The notes under the pieces: model-generated | Database searches by the model: none | What the model saw: only the letters and a program-made list of their open reading frames with translations | Told to the model about the DNA's origin: nothing | Made by a program: the position numbers and the translations under genes | Assembly (NCBI GenBank): GCA_951406725.2 | Contig: OX597814.1 | Coordinates: forward strand, 101,184,001 to 101,248,000 | Origin: Octopus vulgaris | Taxonomy: Eukaryota | Direction: 5' to 3' | Length of the DNA: 64,000 bases | Part shown: piece after piece, positions 39,263 to 52,777 of the stretch | Numbering within the stretch: position 1 is the stretch's first letter | How the letters are laid out: each line of letters begins with the position of its first letter

Positions 39263-39893
39263 TGTTTCTTTATTAGCCACACAGGGCTGCACACAGATAG
39301 AACAAATTACAAGGTAGAGCTTTTCTTTTGAAGGTTTAAAAAATAAAAAAAATAAAAAATAAAATAAAAATAAAATTTAAAAAAAGGGGGGAGTCGATCA
39401 AAAGGGATCGTAAAAGGAGAGAAAGAGGACAAAAAAAAGGGGGGTTAAAAAAAAGGGGGAGAGGAAAAAAATTGATCAATAGGGATCGTTATCACAGAAA
39501 TGTCAATGTGAAGTGTAAAGGGGAGGACAGGTGAGGTTTACCCGTGGAAAGAAAAGCCTACGGAAAAGACCACGGTAACCTCGGTCAATGAAGTCACATG
39601 TTATATTTCTTTTTTTTTTTTTTTTTTGCAAATAAGCAACTCTCTGTATTAATTTTTACGGTTCATAGAATCATAGTCAAGGTGGCTTCGTCATTCATAC
39701 GTGCCATCCTTGCTACATTCACCCATCTTTTTTTAAAACATTCACTAGACAAAACTTGCCTCTCTACTCTCACTTTTTTCTTCAAGTGATACTTGAAGAA
39801 GTTGATGAGAGATTGACCAGAGAGGAAAGTGTTTGTCTCTAATCCTTTCAGACGCGTCCACCAGATACATTCTTTCGCCATAGCCACAAGTAT
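39263..39893 (-). mobile_element. 5'-truncated Tx1/L1-clade non-LTR retrotransposon (ORF2 C-terminus plus 3' UTR)
   Basis: Uninterrupted 76 codons [18 protein letters not shown]...[23 protein letters not shown]...* (39893-39663), resembling the AKxxIWxxR...RxxxE...FxxxW end of Tx1/L1 ORF2; ~400-bp UTR with AATAAA at 39269-39274. Confidence 0.7.
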
Positions 39894-39894
39894 G

Positions 39895-39989
<95 letters not shown>

Positions 39990-40006
39990 ACAGACATACA
40001 GACAGG

Positions 40007-40079
<73 letters not shown>
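39895..40079. repeat. (GATA)n microsatellite; related (GACA)(GATA)(GGTA)n tract at about 39070-39262
   Basis: Visible directly in the sequence. Confidence 0.95.
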
Positions 40080-40246
40080 GTTTATGTATGCATAAATATC
40101 ATTGGTTTCAAATGTTTGCACAAGGCCAGTAATTTCATGGGGTGAGTAAATCGACTAGTACTTATTTTATCCCTATTTTCTATCAAACACACCCATATAC
40201 AAGTATATACATATGTATAGATAGAGAGAGAGATAGATAGAGAGAT

Positions 40247-40333
<87 letters not shown>

Positions 40334-40394
40334 AGGCAATGGACAATCAGTAACTGAAAAAGCAACATAAGGAGGACAAGTTTTGACAAATATT

Positions 40395-41890
40395 GTATTA
40401 CATTATTTATATTTGACGGATATTTGTCCACTTCTTGTTTCTTGTTAACACAACGCGTTTCAGCTGATATCTCCTCCAGCCTTCATCATGAGTCTTGGGG
40501 ACATTTCGAACCTGGATTCTCATTCCTAAGGTACTTTTTCTCTTAAGGTGAATGTTGAGGGGTATAGTGGTGGAAGTCACGCCAGAAGCCAAAAGGCTTA
40601 GGTAAATGGTCTGCGAAAAAGAAATGTCGAGAGAAATCTGACCCGTTACCTTATAGGTTGTCACTGACATACTCCGCGAACCTGTCAGTTTCATGGTGAC
40701 CGCTTCGCTCGATATAAGATTACTGGGGTAACATTCTAGCGTATATAGTCTATTAGAGATACTATGAAAGAATAGGTAGAAATAGAAAGTATAGTGTTTG
40801 ATTCCACCGATGGTGGCGGTATTAAGAAAGGGTAGATATGGCAGTGTGACGAGAGCAAGGAATGTCTAGGAGGAAACGCAATATGAAGAAGGAGGATCAA
40901 TGTAAAAACGGGCTGCGGAGGTTGCAGGGACACTTAAAGGAGGAATTGGTGGAATAAGGAAGAAATGGGAGATCGCCGAGTCATATTTTCGCTGACCGAA
41001 AAAGTGGAGGGTAATACCTTTCAGGGACGGGTTGGTAGGGTTGTAAGTAATGGGAAAGGAAATGTTGTGGATTGGATTCCGTACTTGGGGTGTGAGGAAT
41101 GATATGTGATCAATAACATAGACCCAGGATAGAGTGTTTGATGACGGAGAGTGGGTAACCACGTCAAATGAAGAGATGGGTCATATGTAGAACCTGCCTC
41201 TCAAATTCGTGGTTATTGATGCAGAAGTGGCATACACGGAGGAATTTGAAATAGAAGATGGAGCGCTTGTAAGTGGGCAGCGAGGAAGAAACATTGAGGG
41301 AGGATTGGGAGCCAGTAGGTTAGTAAAAGACAGGGGTGGAGAGGCTGGGTGAAGTGTAGTCGTCAGAGACAGTGATGTCGATGAAATGAAGTGCAATATC
41401 GGAGATGGTAACGTAAACCTAGAGTGCACAGCGAAAAGAGCTGACGGACAAAATGAAAGTTCTTAGATCCTTACGGGAGAAAGAAGTGGTATCATATCAG
41501 TCGCTGGTATGTTGGCCGAGTATAGTGACCCGTTCGTAAATCTTATCTGCGAGGGAAAAATCAATTAAGGGTGAATGCAAACTCGAGTAGACGAAAGTAA
41601 TGAAGTACTGGGACAAAAAGTGATACTGAAGGACAACGGTGTATAGAGAATTTGCAGTCTTGATGAGAATGAGACAGCTGGGATTAGAAGAGACGGAGAA
41701 AGAATAGAATAGGTGGGGACAATATTTGGTGTCATGGATGTAGGAAGGGAGAGCAGCAACTAAAGGAGCGAGGAGAGTATCGCAGTAGGTGTAAATTACA
41801 AGCAAAGACGAGTGGCATCCGGAGTTTTCGGGGTTAAGGATCTTGGGAGGAAGCATGAAATAAGGGTACCGGAGGGTACGGGATATTTGA
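40395..41890 (-). mobile_element. Heavily decayed Penelope-like retroelement (RT + GIY-YIG + 3' pseudo-LTR)
   Basis: Collinear minus-strand remnants: PYFMLPPKILNPENSG (FYxLPKIHKPxxPG), YCDTLLAPLVAALPSYIHDT, NSLYTVV, LRLLEFAFTLN, ISDIALHFIDITVS (PFLD region), YIERSGHHETDRFAEY (YIGxTGRxLxDRFxEH) and SRHF, then a terminal repeat with a hammerhead motif. Confidence 0.88.
40447..40495 (-). ncRNA. Minimal type I hammerhead motif in the Penelope 3' repeat (C3A change)
   Basis: GACTC ATGATGA A GGCTG-(10 nt)-CAGCT GAAA CGCG TT GTGTT; palindromic ACGCGT stem III. Confidence 0.72.
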
Positions 41891-42512
41891 TTTTGGAGGC
41901 AGTGGGTGTCATTTATTTTTACACGTATGTACACACACATGCGTACATACATAGATATCGATATGCATACATAGACACACGCACACATACATACACACAT
42001 ACACGCGCGCGCGAATGTTTTGTTCACTAATACTAGTAATTGACCAAATTCCAAATTCGTATCAACAAACTCCTGCAAAATATTCAAGTAAAAATATTTT
42101 TTTATTGTATATGTATAGATTTCGTCATATTAGTCCTGTTTATTTTACCTAACTTACATTTTTTCCTTATAAATTGCAATATTTTCACCAAATATTTATT
42201 TGTTTTCTTTTAAATCCTTAAAATGCCAGAAATGTTACATAGTGCTTTGAAGCAATTTCCCTCAGGGTGAAAGTATCAAGATTTCAATTTATATATTACT
42301 TTAATCATGAGAATCGGACCTTACGCATACCTACGAAGAATCGTAAATATATAAGTATACATACATATGTATATGCATGCATTTGTAAAACTATGTAAAA
42401 CATTTGTAGTATTTACATGCAATTATAACCATGCAAACAAATGTACACGTATACAAATACGTACGTACTTAATGACATTCATGTATACGTACAAACTGCA
42501 TAGTGGCAAACA

Positions 42513-42555
<43 letters not shown>

Positions 42556-42558
42556 CGT

Positions 42559-42866
42559 AGAGGCACATGGCCTAGTGGTTAGAGCAGCTGACTCGCGGTC
42601 GAGGGATCGTGGATTCGAATCTCAGTCCGGGCGATGTGTGTGTTTATGAGCGAAACACCTAAGCTCCACGCGGCTCCGGCAGAAGGTAATTACGAACTTC
42701 TGCTGACTCTTTCACCACAACTTTCTCTCACTCTTTTCCTCCTGCATCTTGTGGCTCACCTGCGACGGACCGGCATCTCGTCCAGGTGGGGAACCTATAC
42801 ACCAAGGAAGCCGAGAAACCGGCCCTAATGAGCCAGGAGTGGTTCGAGAAGGAACAAACAAACAAC
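42559..42866 (+). mobile_element. tRNA-derived SINE family C, full length
   Basis: A box TGGCCTAGTGG, B box GATTCGAATC, V-domain-like CTGCGACGGACCGGCATCTCGTCCAGG, and AACA tail. Confidence 0.9.
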
Positions 42867-42937
42867 ACACACACACACACAAACATACATAATTACTGCC
42901 ATACAAACATGTATATATTTCTTTAATATTTCTTTAT

Positions 42938-43700
42938 TTAATCAACCCCAAAAGGATGAAAGGTAAAGTCGACCTCGGCTGAATTTGAAATTAGAACACA
43001 AAGAGTCGGAAGAAATATCGCCTAAGTATTTTTGTCCGTGCTAACATTTCTATCGGCTCACTGTCTTACTCTGCTCTGATTATGGATTTCGAACTTTGGC
43101 ACAAGGTCAGCAATTCCAAGTGAAGAGACAGGTTGATTACATCGACCTCAGTGCTATACCGGTACTTACTTTATCGACTCCAAAATGACGAAGAGCAAAG
43201 TCGACCTTGGTGTAATTTGAACTCAGAACGTAAAGGTGGCGGAAATACCGCTAAGCACTTTGCCCCGCGTGCTAACAATTCTGCCAGCTTGCCGTCTTTA
43301 CTCTGTTCTGAATATTGATATCTCATTTTGGCACAAGGCCAGCAATATTGAAGGAAGCTTAAGTCGATTACATCGACTCCAGTGCTCAGCTAGTACTTAT
43401 TTGAACGTAAAGAAGGCTGAAATGCCACTAAGCATTTTGCTTGGTGTACTAAAGGTTATACCAGTGCGCCGCCTTACTCTATTCTGAAGATTAATTTATT
43501 AAGGCCGTGAGCTGGGAGAATTGTTATCACGCCGGACAAAATGATTAGCAGTCTTTCGTCCGCTTTACGTTCTGATTTCGAATTCCACTGTTGGCCGGTC
43601 TGGAGCTATAGTGAGTTGCCAATTGCCAAATATACCGCACAATGAAATTGAACCCGAAACCATGTGATTGCAAAGCGAGATTCTTAACTACACGGCCCGT
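42938..43700. mobile_element. Cluster of old SINE family B copies (three minus, one plus) and a family A fragment
   Basis: Repeated AAAGTCGACCT...ATTTGAA..AGAAC...AAATA(T/C)CGC..AAG..TT blocks at about 42940-43070, 43095-43280 and 43325-43475; plus-strand head at about 43503-43590. Confidence 0.75.
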
Positions 43701-45479
43701 ACAGAATTATATAACATACGCTTGTATGTCTGAAAAAGTGAGAGAGAGAGAGAGAGAGTGTGTGTGTGTATGTGTGTGCGAGTGTGTGTATGTGTGTGTG
43801 TGCGTGTGCGTGTGTGCGTGTGTGCTTGTGTGTGTGTGTGCGTGTGTGTGTGTGTGCGTGTGTGCGTGTGTGCGTGTGTGTGTGTGTGTGTTGGGGGCTA
43901 TACGTGCGTACGTGCCTGTTTTCACGCACATGTTCCAATATAAAAAGTCATAAGATCACATTCAAACATGTAAACATCCGTATGAACTTAGAGAATTTGT
44001 GCAGTAACACAAATATACACATGCAAGCACATGCGTGTGTGTGTCTGTGTGTGTATGTGTGTGTGTGTGTGTGTGTGTTTATGTCTATATGTATGTCTAG
44101 TCATGACCTCCTATAAGACGAAATCAATTCATGAAGAAAGAATATAAATCAAACAAGTCAGTTTTCAAACCAAAGCTTGGAATTTTCTTACGCGTCGCCG
44201 GATTATTCCCTAAGTATTTAGTAAAGTTGTCACACTGCCTACATCTACTTATATATGAATTGACGTATTTTTCTCTGTCTCTATCAACCTACGAATATAT
44301 TTTTCTGTCTAAATCTCTATTTCTCTGTCTCACTCATTATATACATGTGTGTGCGTGAGTGTATATTTATGTGTGTATGTGCATGCGCGTGTGTGTGTGA
44401 GTGCGTGAGTCTGTCTCTGTATATGCAAGTTGGTATGTAAGTATATACATTTCTAATCATGTATAGACCTATGTGGGTCCGTGTGCGCGCATGAGGTTAC
44501 CAATATGTAAAACGTCGCTTTAACATTCCCAAAATATTTTGAATTCATACTCGCAGTGTGTGCACACAAATATAAGTACCTATATATAAATACAGATACA
44601 TACATACATACATACATACATACATACATACATACATACATACATACATACATACATACATACTTACATATATTCATTCATATATATCCTAAGTCACAAT
44701 ATTTTCCTCATAAATTTTGATTTATTTTGTGTTTTGCATATTACGTAATTAGTACATCATGTAATTTTAGACGAATTAGTCCATTAGTGGATGTCCGGTG
44801 TTTCTATTTCTGCCGTACGTAAGTAATGTCATCGAATGATATTTTAATTTGTAAAAATCTTAATAGCCGCATTTAAAATGTTTTGCCGTTTCTGTAACCG
44901 GTAATGGCGCTGATTTTGTCGACCAATTTCTACTTATGTATTACATTTTATAAAATGAGCGTAGCTCATCTACTTTTCCATTTAGAGGAGGAGCAGGAGG
45001 ATTCGACCCCAGTGTGGGGATGGTGGTTTACCGAGGTCCGAAAGGATGAAAAGGCATATTTAACCCCTCGGCAGTATTTAGACTCAGTACCGGGTATCGG
45101 AACGAATACGAGACAATCTATCCAACACCCTAACGAATCGAAATAGCAATACGTTTTTATTCTTAATCACAGTTTTCGCCACCCACCATCACCCCTTACA
45201 TTCTTCGGTGTTTGGGGTTGTATTTTTTTTCTACTCAAGCCAAGAATAATTTATTCAGTATAACTCATTTATAAAACTGATAATTTACTGAGTTAAATTG
45301 AGCAAACACTAATGCAGTTATAGAGTTATAGCGCTGATAATTCACACGAGAGTTTAAGTGATTGTGACATGTGGCATTTAACGCAAATATGTTTCCATGA
45401 TTGACGGGTCATTGAAGTAAACTTATTTAATGAGATACTTGTAGAGATGTATGGCAGCTTGTTGTTCTCGTTCTTTAGC

Positions 45480-45840
45480 TCTACGTTGCGCTTTATTTAG
45501 TAGGCCTACGATCAAGCTCTTTCTAATTGTGACAATATGTATCTGATTCTAGTTTATATATTGATTAAGCGGTAAGAATTGATTTAAGAGATATTAACCA
45601 ACAATTTCTAGCAAGTCAAGCGACCACGTATAGGCTTACTGATGCTTCAGACTATTGTATTTGTGTTTCTTGTCGTTGTTTAATTCGATGTCAGCTCTCA
45701 TCGAGTTTACATTTGTTCCAACTGTTGTCATTTGGATTTTACATCTTTTCTCAAAAATATTGTGTATCTCGTTAAGACAATGACATCTGATTTCAATCCG
45801 ACTTTACTGGGACTACCAGCATGTCAAGCGACTTCACAGC
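45480..45840 (+). repeat. Old dispersed repeat; other copies at about 3870-4060 and 4500-4670
   Basis: Shared blocks such as TA(C/T/A)GATCAA and ATTTCTAGCAAGTCAAGCGACCACGTATAGGCT versus ATTTGTAGTTGGTCGAGCGTCAATGTTGAGGCT; class unknown. Confidence 0.5.
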
Positions 45841-46591
45841 TTCAATATATTACAATTAAAGTCAAAGTCTTTCTCAGTTAAACAGGTCCATTAGGCTGGC
45901 GCTTATCTGTTTAGTGTATAAGATACTGTACATTTTAAACATACACACGCAAACGCACACTTACACACAGATACACAGCCTCACAAACACACATATACAT
46001 GCGTACTTGTGTGTGTGTGTATGTTTGTGTATATGTGTGACCTGAAATTCATCGTGACTAACCACATAAAGAACAAATCATGTTAAATAAAGCCATATTG
46101 GATTTAAAATATTACTTTCCTCGCAGCTCCCCGAAATCTTAAATTTGAGATACGTAACTAAATATTATTAATCAGAGGTCGATGCAACCGTCAAGCACGA
46201 GCAGTAATACCATCATTGTTTTATGTATCACAGTAACATTCGCAGGGAATAGTTGTACATTTTTCCACGTGACTAGTTTTAAGTGATATAAATGCAGTCT
46301 TTTACAGAGAAAAAATCTCAGATGAACAGATGATGAGGATGGAAGTGATTGTTATAAAGGTGGTCTTCATTTCAAGACATTACCTATCTAAAATAGAGAT
46401 GATACGTTTATCACAAAAAGTGGTATACAAAAACTACGCCAGATTTCGTAATACCTGAGGCTTTAAAGCACTTTCGAAGATATTGTCCGCCAGCATTTTT
46501 TGCTCTAGAACAGGTAAACTTTCTAGAAATTGTTTGAAGGGCAAATTTCAAGACAGGCAGATTAAAAGAAAGTATACCATTAAGTAAGACA

Positions 46592-46972
46592 TAAGGCGAA
46601 GAGCTGGCAGAATCGTTGGCACACTGGGCAAAATGCTTAGCCATATTTACTCTGTCTTTACGTTCTGAGTTCAAATTCCGCCGTGGTCGACGTTATCTTT
46701 AATCATTTCGGAATCGAAAAAACAAGTACCAGTCGAGCATTGGGATCGATGTAATCGACTTAACACCTTTCTTGAAATCACTGGCCTTAAGGCGGTGAGC
46801 TGGCAGAACCGTTAAAACACCGGGCAAAATGTTTCGCAACGTCTCATCCGTCTTTCTTTTGAGTTCAGACACCGCCGGAGTTGGTAAAGCAAGTACCAAT
46901 TGAGCACTGAGGTTGATGTAATCGACTTGCCTCGTCCACAAAATTGCTGTCCTTGTGCCACACTTTGAAACT
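46592..46972 (+). mobile_element. Two head-to-tail SINE family B copies
   Basis: GAGCTGGCAGAA(T/C)CGTT heads at about 46600 and 46797, each followed by GAGTTCA and AAGTACCA motifs. Confidence 0.8.
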
Positions 46973-47706
46973 AATATTAAGGAAGACTGTGTTACTCAAT
47001 AGTTTTAGTAACTGCTAGTTATTTGAGACCGTTGAATGAACCTACAGCTGCGATCACTTCATTACACTGACCGAGCACATATAATTGAGCCTGTAGTTAC
47101 CAATACTTGCTTTAATGAAATAAAAGAGTAAGTCTCAGGGATGGTAATACTTACTCTTAGCCTAATGAAATATAATGAGGCTAATTACATATTCTTTAAA
47201 ATAAGACTGAATTATCACCATTGAAGTTTTAGTTCACATGTTACTCAGCTTTAAGTTTTCGATAAAATAGTATATTTTCGTAACGCAGTATTTCCTATAA
47301 AACAGCGAATGAAATTCCACATAGTTTGTTACTATGTTAGAAATAACATAGCAGTGAAATATCCATCAATTCACAAATTATGGCCTGACATATAGGCATA
47401 AGAAGATTTGCATATCGGTCAAGGATGTCCGAGTAATAGAAACAAACACCACAAGATTTGTGGTGCATCTGATGAGAGTAAGATACAATAAAACCTATGT
47501 TTACATGCGTTCGGATATATATCCGGACAGATTCAGATCTAAATTTACTGTTTCTTCTTTCCAACCTTATCTCAGCCTCTCCTCCCAATATTTTTACTGT
47601 CAGTTATCATCATCATCGGTTATCCATTAAAATTTTTGAAACACTCCTTGCATGAATTCGTTGAACTTCCACCCCAGAAAAGTCGAAACACAGATGTACT
47701 CACACA

Positions 47707-47756
<50 letters not shown>

Positions 47757-48026
47757 CACACACAAACATATATGTATATAAATAGATAGATACATAGATA
47801 TATATACTCGTATGCGTGTAGGTGTATATGTATTAATGGTTGTTATTGCGTGTAACGCCTGTAGTACATGATACACATACACACGTACACGCATATGTAT
47901 TAATTCAGAACAAATATTACAATCAAAATTATTTTGCCTTCAGGGCTCAATAAATTCTCAGTTAAGAACACATTTTTCCAATTTACTTTTATACCGTACA
48001 CATAGACACACATACACACACACACA

Positions 48027-48111
<85 letters not shown>

Positions 48112-48275
48112 AATTGTGTGTGTATTATGCGTATATATATATATATATATATATATACATACACACACAGACACAGACGTACATATATACACTCACACAT
48201 AAATAACTATATATATATACACAAATACATATACATATGTATGCATATGTATATATACATATTTATATAAATACT

Positions 48276-48307
<32 letters not shown>

Positions 48308-48364
48308 TATGCATATATATACATACATATGCCTACATATATACACATACATACATATATATAC

Positions 48365-48395
<31 letters not shown>

Positions 48396-48731
48396 CGTAC
48401 ATATATGTATACATACACGCGCGAGCACATACACACACACACACACACACACAAAACACACACACACACACGCACACGATGAGTGGTTTCGCTTTGGTTT
48501 GAAATGCAATAAAGAGGAAAATATTATTCCGCTCAACCAAACTCAATACTGTTAGGTAGAGTGGAATAATATTTATTCAAAGCTGAAATGTGAGTGAGTC
48601 GTTTCTTCTCAGATTTTCTCGTTCCCGATCCTCAGTCGACTGATCTTCAAACATAATAAGATTCTTCATCTGGAGAATCGCCACCACGAGAAACTCCAAG
48701 TAGCGCTTCATAAACACTGAGGCCTTATTGT

Positions 48732-48804
<73 letters not shown>

Positions 48805-48952
48805 TGTGTGTGTGTGCGTATGTGTGTTCATGAGGTGTGCATATTTGTTTGCGTAAGTGCCTGTGTCGGTATGTATCTATATACATCTGGATGTGTGTAT
48901 GTTTATCTGAATACGTGTTTATATATATATATATATAGAGAGAGAGACAGAC

Positions 48953-48985
<33 letters not shown>

Positions 48986-49479
48986 TACATACATACGTAC
49001 GTACATACATACATACATACATACATACATACATACATACATACATACATACATACATACAAACATACACACAGACATACATATATTGCAGGCTTCGAAA
49101 CAATCATACTCTTCAGTTCTGCCTTCCGTTCGTCTTTGGACTCCTCTGCTCATGTTTTTTTTTAACAAGTAAGGATCGAGCAAGATATTAGCGACATCAG
49201 TCTCACAGATCTTGAAAAAACTGCGAATATCATGATCATTGCCTCTTCCACCAGCTCTGCAAATAAAATCAATACGATATGAATTATAGCAAGCTTGAAG
49301 ACTTCGAAAGATTAAAATTATACATGCAAGATTCGGACAAAATACAAGTGTTTAAAATCTGGAATGAGTCTTCTGAATACTAAATACAGAAACATTAAGG
49401 TCACACGCATATAATGAGTTAACTTACTATGGACATAAAAATGTAAATATGCACGTATGTACACACTAACATCAACGCC

Positions 49480-50365
49480 ATTTCAAATTATGAAGAGGCA
49501 TGCTACAGAACAACAGCGAATGCAAAATTGAGCACCCAAAGAATCTTTCTGCATGCAATCAAGCTATATGCATTGCACTTACAGAAACTCATCTATCTGC
49601 AGACGTAAGTGATGCGGAGATACGCATACCGATGTATGCTATTTTCTGTACAGACAGAAGAAAAAGAAGTCACGGTGGAGTTGGACTGTACATCCGCGAA
49701 GATGTTACACCATCAACCCTGTTATCGAACTCGAATTCGGTGTGTGACACACCCATAGTACATCTAAAGCAGCTTATATAGTGATATGCACACTATATCA
49801 CCCACCTGATGCCTCAGATCATGATGGAAAATTTGAGGAATGTCTCAGTGCAATAAAGGAAGTACTAACACAATTACATCAACGTACTACAATATTCCTG
49901 ATGTGTGACTTTAACTTCCCAAACATCAGGTAGCCTGAGGGCAATATAATCCCAGTAATGACGCACAAAGAGCGAAATTAAGCAGAATCTCTACTTGATC
50001 ATAAACAGATCACACTCTCTCCAAGCAGGCACAAAAATATCTTGGAATCTGTTTTACAAACAATGTGGAAATTATCCACAACGTGAGTATATCACCAACA
50101 ATATTCTCAGACCATAACATGATAGAACTGACAATGTATGACCCGGAATTAACTAATAAACTCCGCACAGATGGAAGACATAGATATGAAACGCAATAAA
50201 TTCATGTCAATAACGTGAGCCATATGCATTAAATATGTCCCAGAGAAGAGAGTCAATAAATGCAAAAATATCATTCCCCAAAACGGGAGAATACTCACGC
50301 GGCGGAGAATAAAGATCTTGAATCGTTTAAACAAAAACCTTAATGACTGTGTGAAATCTCACCTG
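49480..50365 (+). mobile_element. Decayed CR1-like LINE ORF2 fragment (AP endonuclease plus linker)
   Basis: IALTETHL, TDRRKRSHGGVGLYIRE, PPD, CDFNFPNI, NIL..CFTN and FSDHNMI endonuclease motifs with stops and frameshifts; then KYVPEKRVNKCKNIIPQNGRILTRRRIK. Confidence 0.85.
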
Positions 50366-50380
50366 ACAGAGGAACTATAT

Positions 50381-50468
<88 letters not shown>

Positions 50469-50496
50469 AAGAAGCCACTCGTATATATATATGTAT

Positions 50497-50658
50497 ATAC
50501 GAGTGGCTTCTTTCAGTTTCGGATTATCAAATCCACTCAGAGGAATTTGGTCGACCCGAGGCTACAGTAGAAGACACCCGCCCAAGGTACCACGCAGTGG
50601 GACTGAACCTAGGACCATGTGATTCAGCATGAAGCTTCTTACCACACAGCCACTCCTA
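50497..50658 (-). mobile_element. SINE family A, 5' half, with a local inverted duplication at 50462-50487
   Basis: GGCTTCTTTCAGTTTC...GCAGTGGGACTGAACC...CTTACCACACAGCCACTCCT. Confidence 0.85.
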
Positions 50659-51193
50659 TATATTATGTTTGTGTTTATATATAATTGTGTGTATGTGTGT
50701 AGTGAGTGCACGGAAAATAAAATAGAATAGAAAATGGAACGAATGAAATAATGAACTAAAAGCGAGGCAAAGTACTTTTTGACACGAATACAAGCATTTC
50801 TACGTCGTTCTTTCATTAATTGCAATTCAGTCAGTAAGGAAAAAATCAAGATATTGTCCCAAGCGAAAGACAGCAAAATCACAATATTATATACAACATA
50901 ATAAAAAAATTAAGAAAACATTAGCAGCAACAACAAGAGCAATAACAACATATAACCATGAAATGAATTGGGAATCGTATATCTTAGGTGAATAATTTCA
51001 TCGCCCTACCAGTTATATTTGAGTACCGAAATAGAATAATGTAGTACGAAATCTTGTAATATTGCCAGACATCTTTAGCTTGAAATCATATTTCACTGTC
51101 ATTTCAATGTGAGGGCATTTCATTGAAAACACATATTTCATTCCAATTTCATTATAAATCTGTGTATACGTGTGTATACAAACACATATGTAT

Positions 51194-51262
<69 letters not shown>

Positions 51263-52159
51263 CACACAAATACACACATTTTTTTGTGCATGTATATATA
51301 TATATATATATATACGTATGCATTCACGCAAACACAAGGTCACACACGCGAACACACAGGTAGATAGTCACGCCCGCATCTATACAAACATATACATATG
51401 CACATTACAGTATTCATATGTGCGTGCGTGCATGCATGTGTGTATGTGCGTGTGTGTGTGCGTGCGCATCATAGTTTATTTTTTATCTTGTTAATGCAAT
51501 TTCTAATACCCCGAAGATTGGAATGAAATGTAAAACAATGAAAGTAAGATTTCGTTTCGCACAGGTACAGAGATACACAGGAGCGTACATACACACACGT
51601 TCGCGCATGCATGCATACATACATACATACATACATACATACATACACACATACATACATACATACATACATACATACATACATACATACATACGTATGT
51701 ACCGACCTACTTACCTAAATACCTACCTGCCTACTACCTAACACTCTACCTACCTACATAAATACACACACACAAATATATATTACATACAGAAGTTTAT
51801 TATTTAAATATATTTGAGCATGTCTAGATATGCAAATATATGCATGAGAATATACATACTTAAAGCAAAACCTACAAATCTGCCCATAAACATACATACA
51901 GACAAAAGTACCCTGTTGTTGATGTTGAAATTCCAATGAAGACGCCTTGAATCTTGGTTAGAAACCGGCTTTTTTCTCTATTGACAAGAAATCTTGAAAT
52001 AAGACTGAACATACATACATACATGCATACATACATACATGCATACATACATACATACATACATACATACATACATACATACATACATACATACATACAT
52101 ACATACATACATACATACATACATACATACATGTCAGCATATTCGGAGATGGCCTAAGT

Positions 52160-52777
52160 GGGTTACATTGACACCAGTAAATAACTGATACTTTCTTCAA
52201 TTAACCCCGATGGGATGAAAGGCAAAGTTAACCTTAGCGACGTTTGAACTCAGAACGTAATGACGGACGAAATGCCTCTAAGCATTTTGCCCGGCGTGTT
52301 TAACGATTCTGCCCGCTCGCTGCCTTTCCAAAGTAATAATTTTGATAATTTCTCATATGTATGCATGGCTACAAATTGCGCACAAAATATCGATATCGAT
52401 GCTTCAATAATATTTATTTCATCAATCTCAGAATCACCATCTATATCTGTCAGAGAATATAAGGACGCGCAACTAAATACCACAAGGCGTTTTCCTCGAT
52501 AATCTACCAATTTTCTCCTTAGCGATATCCTCAGCCATATCCAACCCAAATGATGGTAATCCTTCTTACTGTAATCAGACACAGGACCTGAAATTTTGGC
52601 AGAGGTGACTTTTCGATTACATCGACCCAGTGCTTAACTGGTACTTATTTTATTGACCCAGAAAAGATACAAGCAAAGACGACTGCGGCAGCATTTGAAC
52701 TCAAAATATAGAGACAGACGAAATGCCGCTAATTATTTTGTCCGGTGTGCTAACGGCTCTACCAGCTCGCTACCTTT
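52160..52777 (-). mobile_element. Two SINE family B copies (about 52160-52327 and 52582-52777)
   Basis: GATGAAAGGCAAAGT...TTTGAACTCA...GACGAAATGCC...GCTCGC blocks. Confidence 0.8.

Noticed and set aside
42559-42635. Functional tRNA genes at SINE heads (also 20330-20395, 24230-24294, 58620-58690)
   Set aside because: A and B boxes are present, but the cloverleaf does not close and each head continues into a multi-copy SINE body.
47425-47530. CTGATGA next to hairpin CACCACAA/TTGTGGTG and an upstream GAAAC, as a permuted hammerhead
   Set aside because: No pairing stem II, stem III or NUH in the right positions.
48577-48730. Unique, relatively GC-rich stretch with an open frame (NNKASVFMKRYLEFLVVAILQ...)
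   Set aside because: No recognisable domain or convincing splice sites; the ORF start comes from a (CA)n repeat.
49115-49155. Minus-strand CAGAGGA GTC-CAAA-GAC GAAC
   Set aside because: Two core mismatches, only a 3-bp stem and no stems I or III; compatible with chance.
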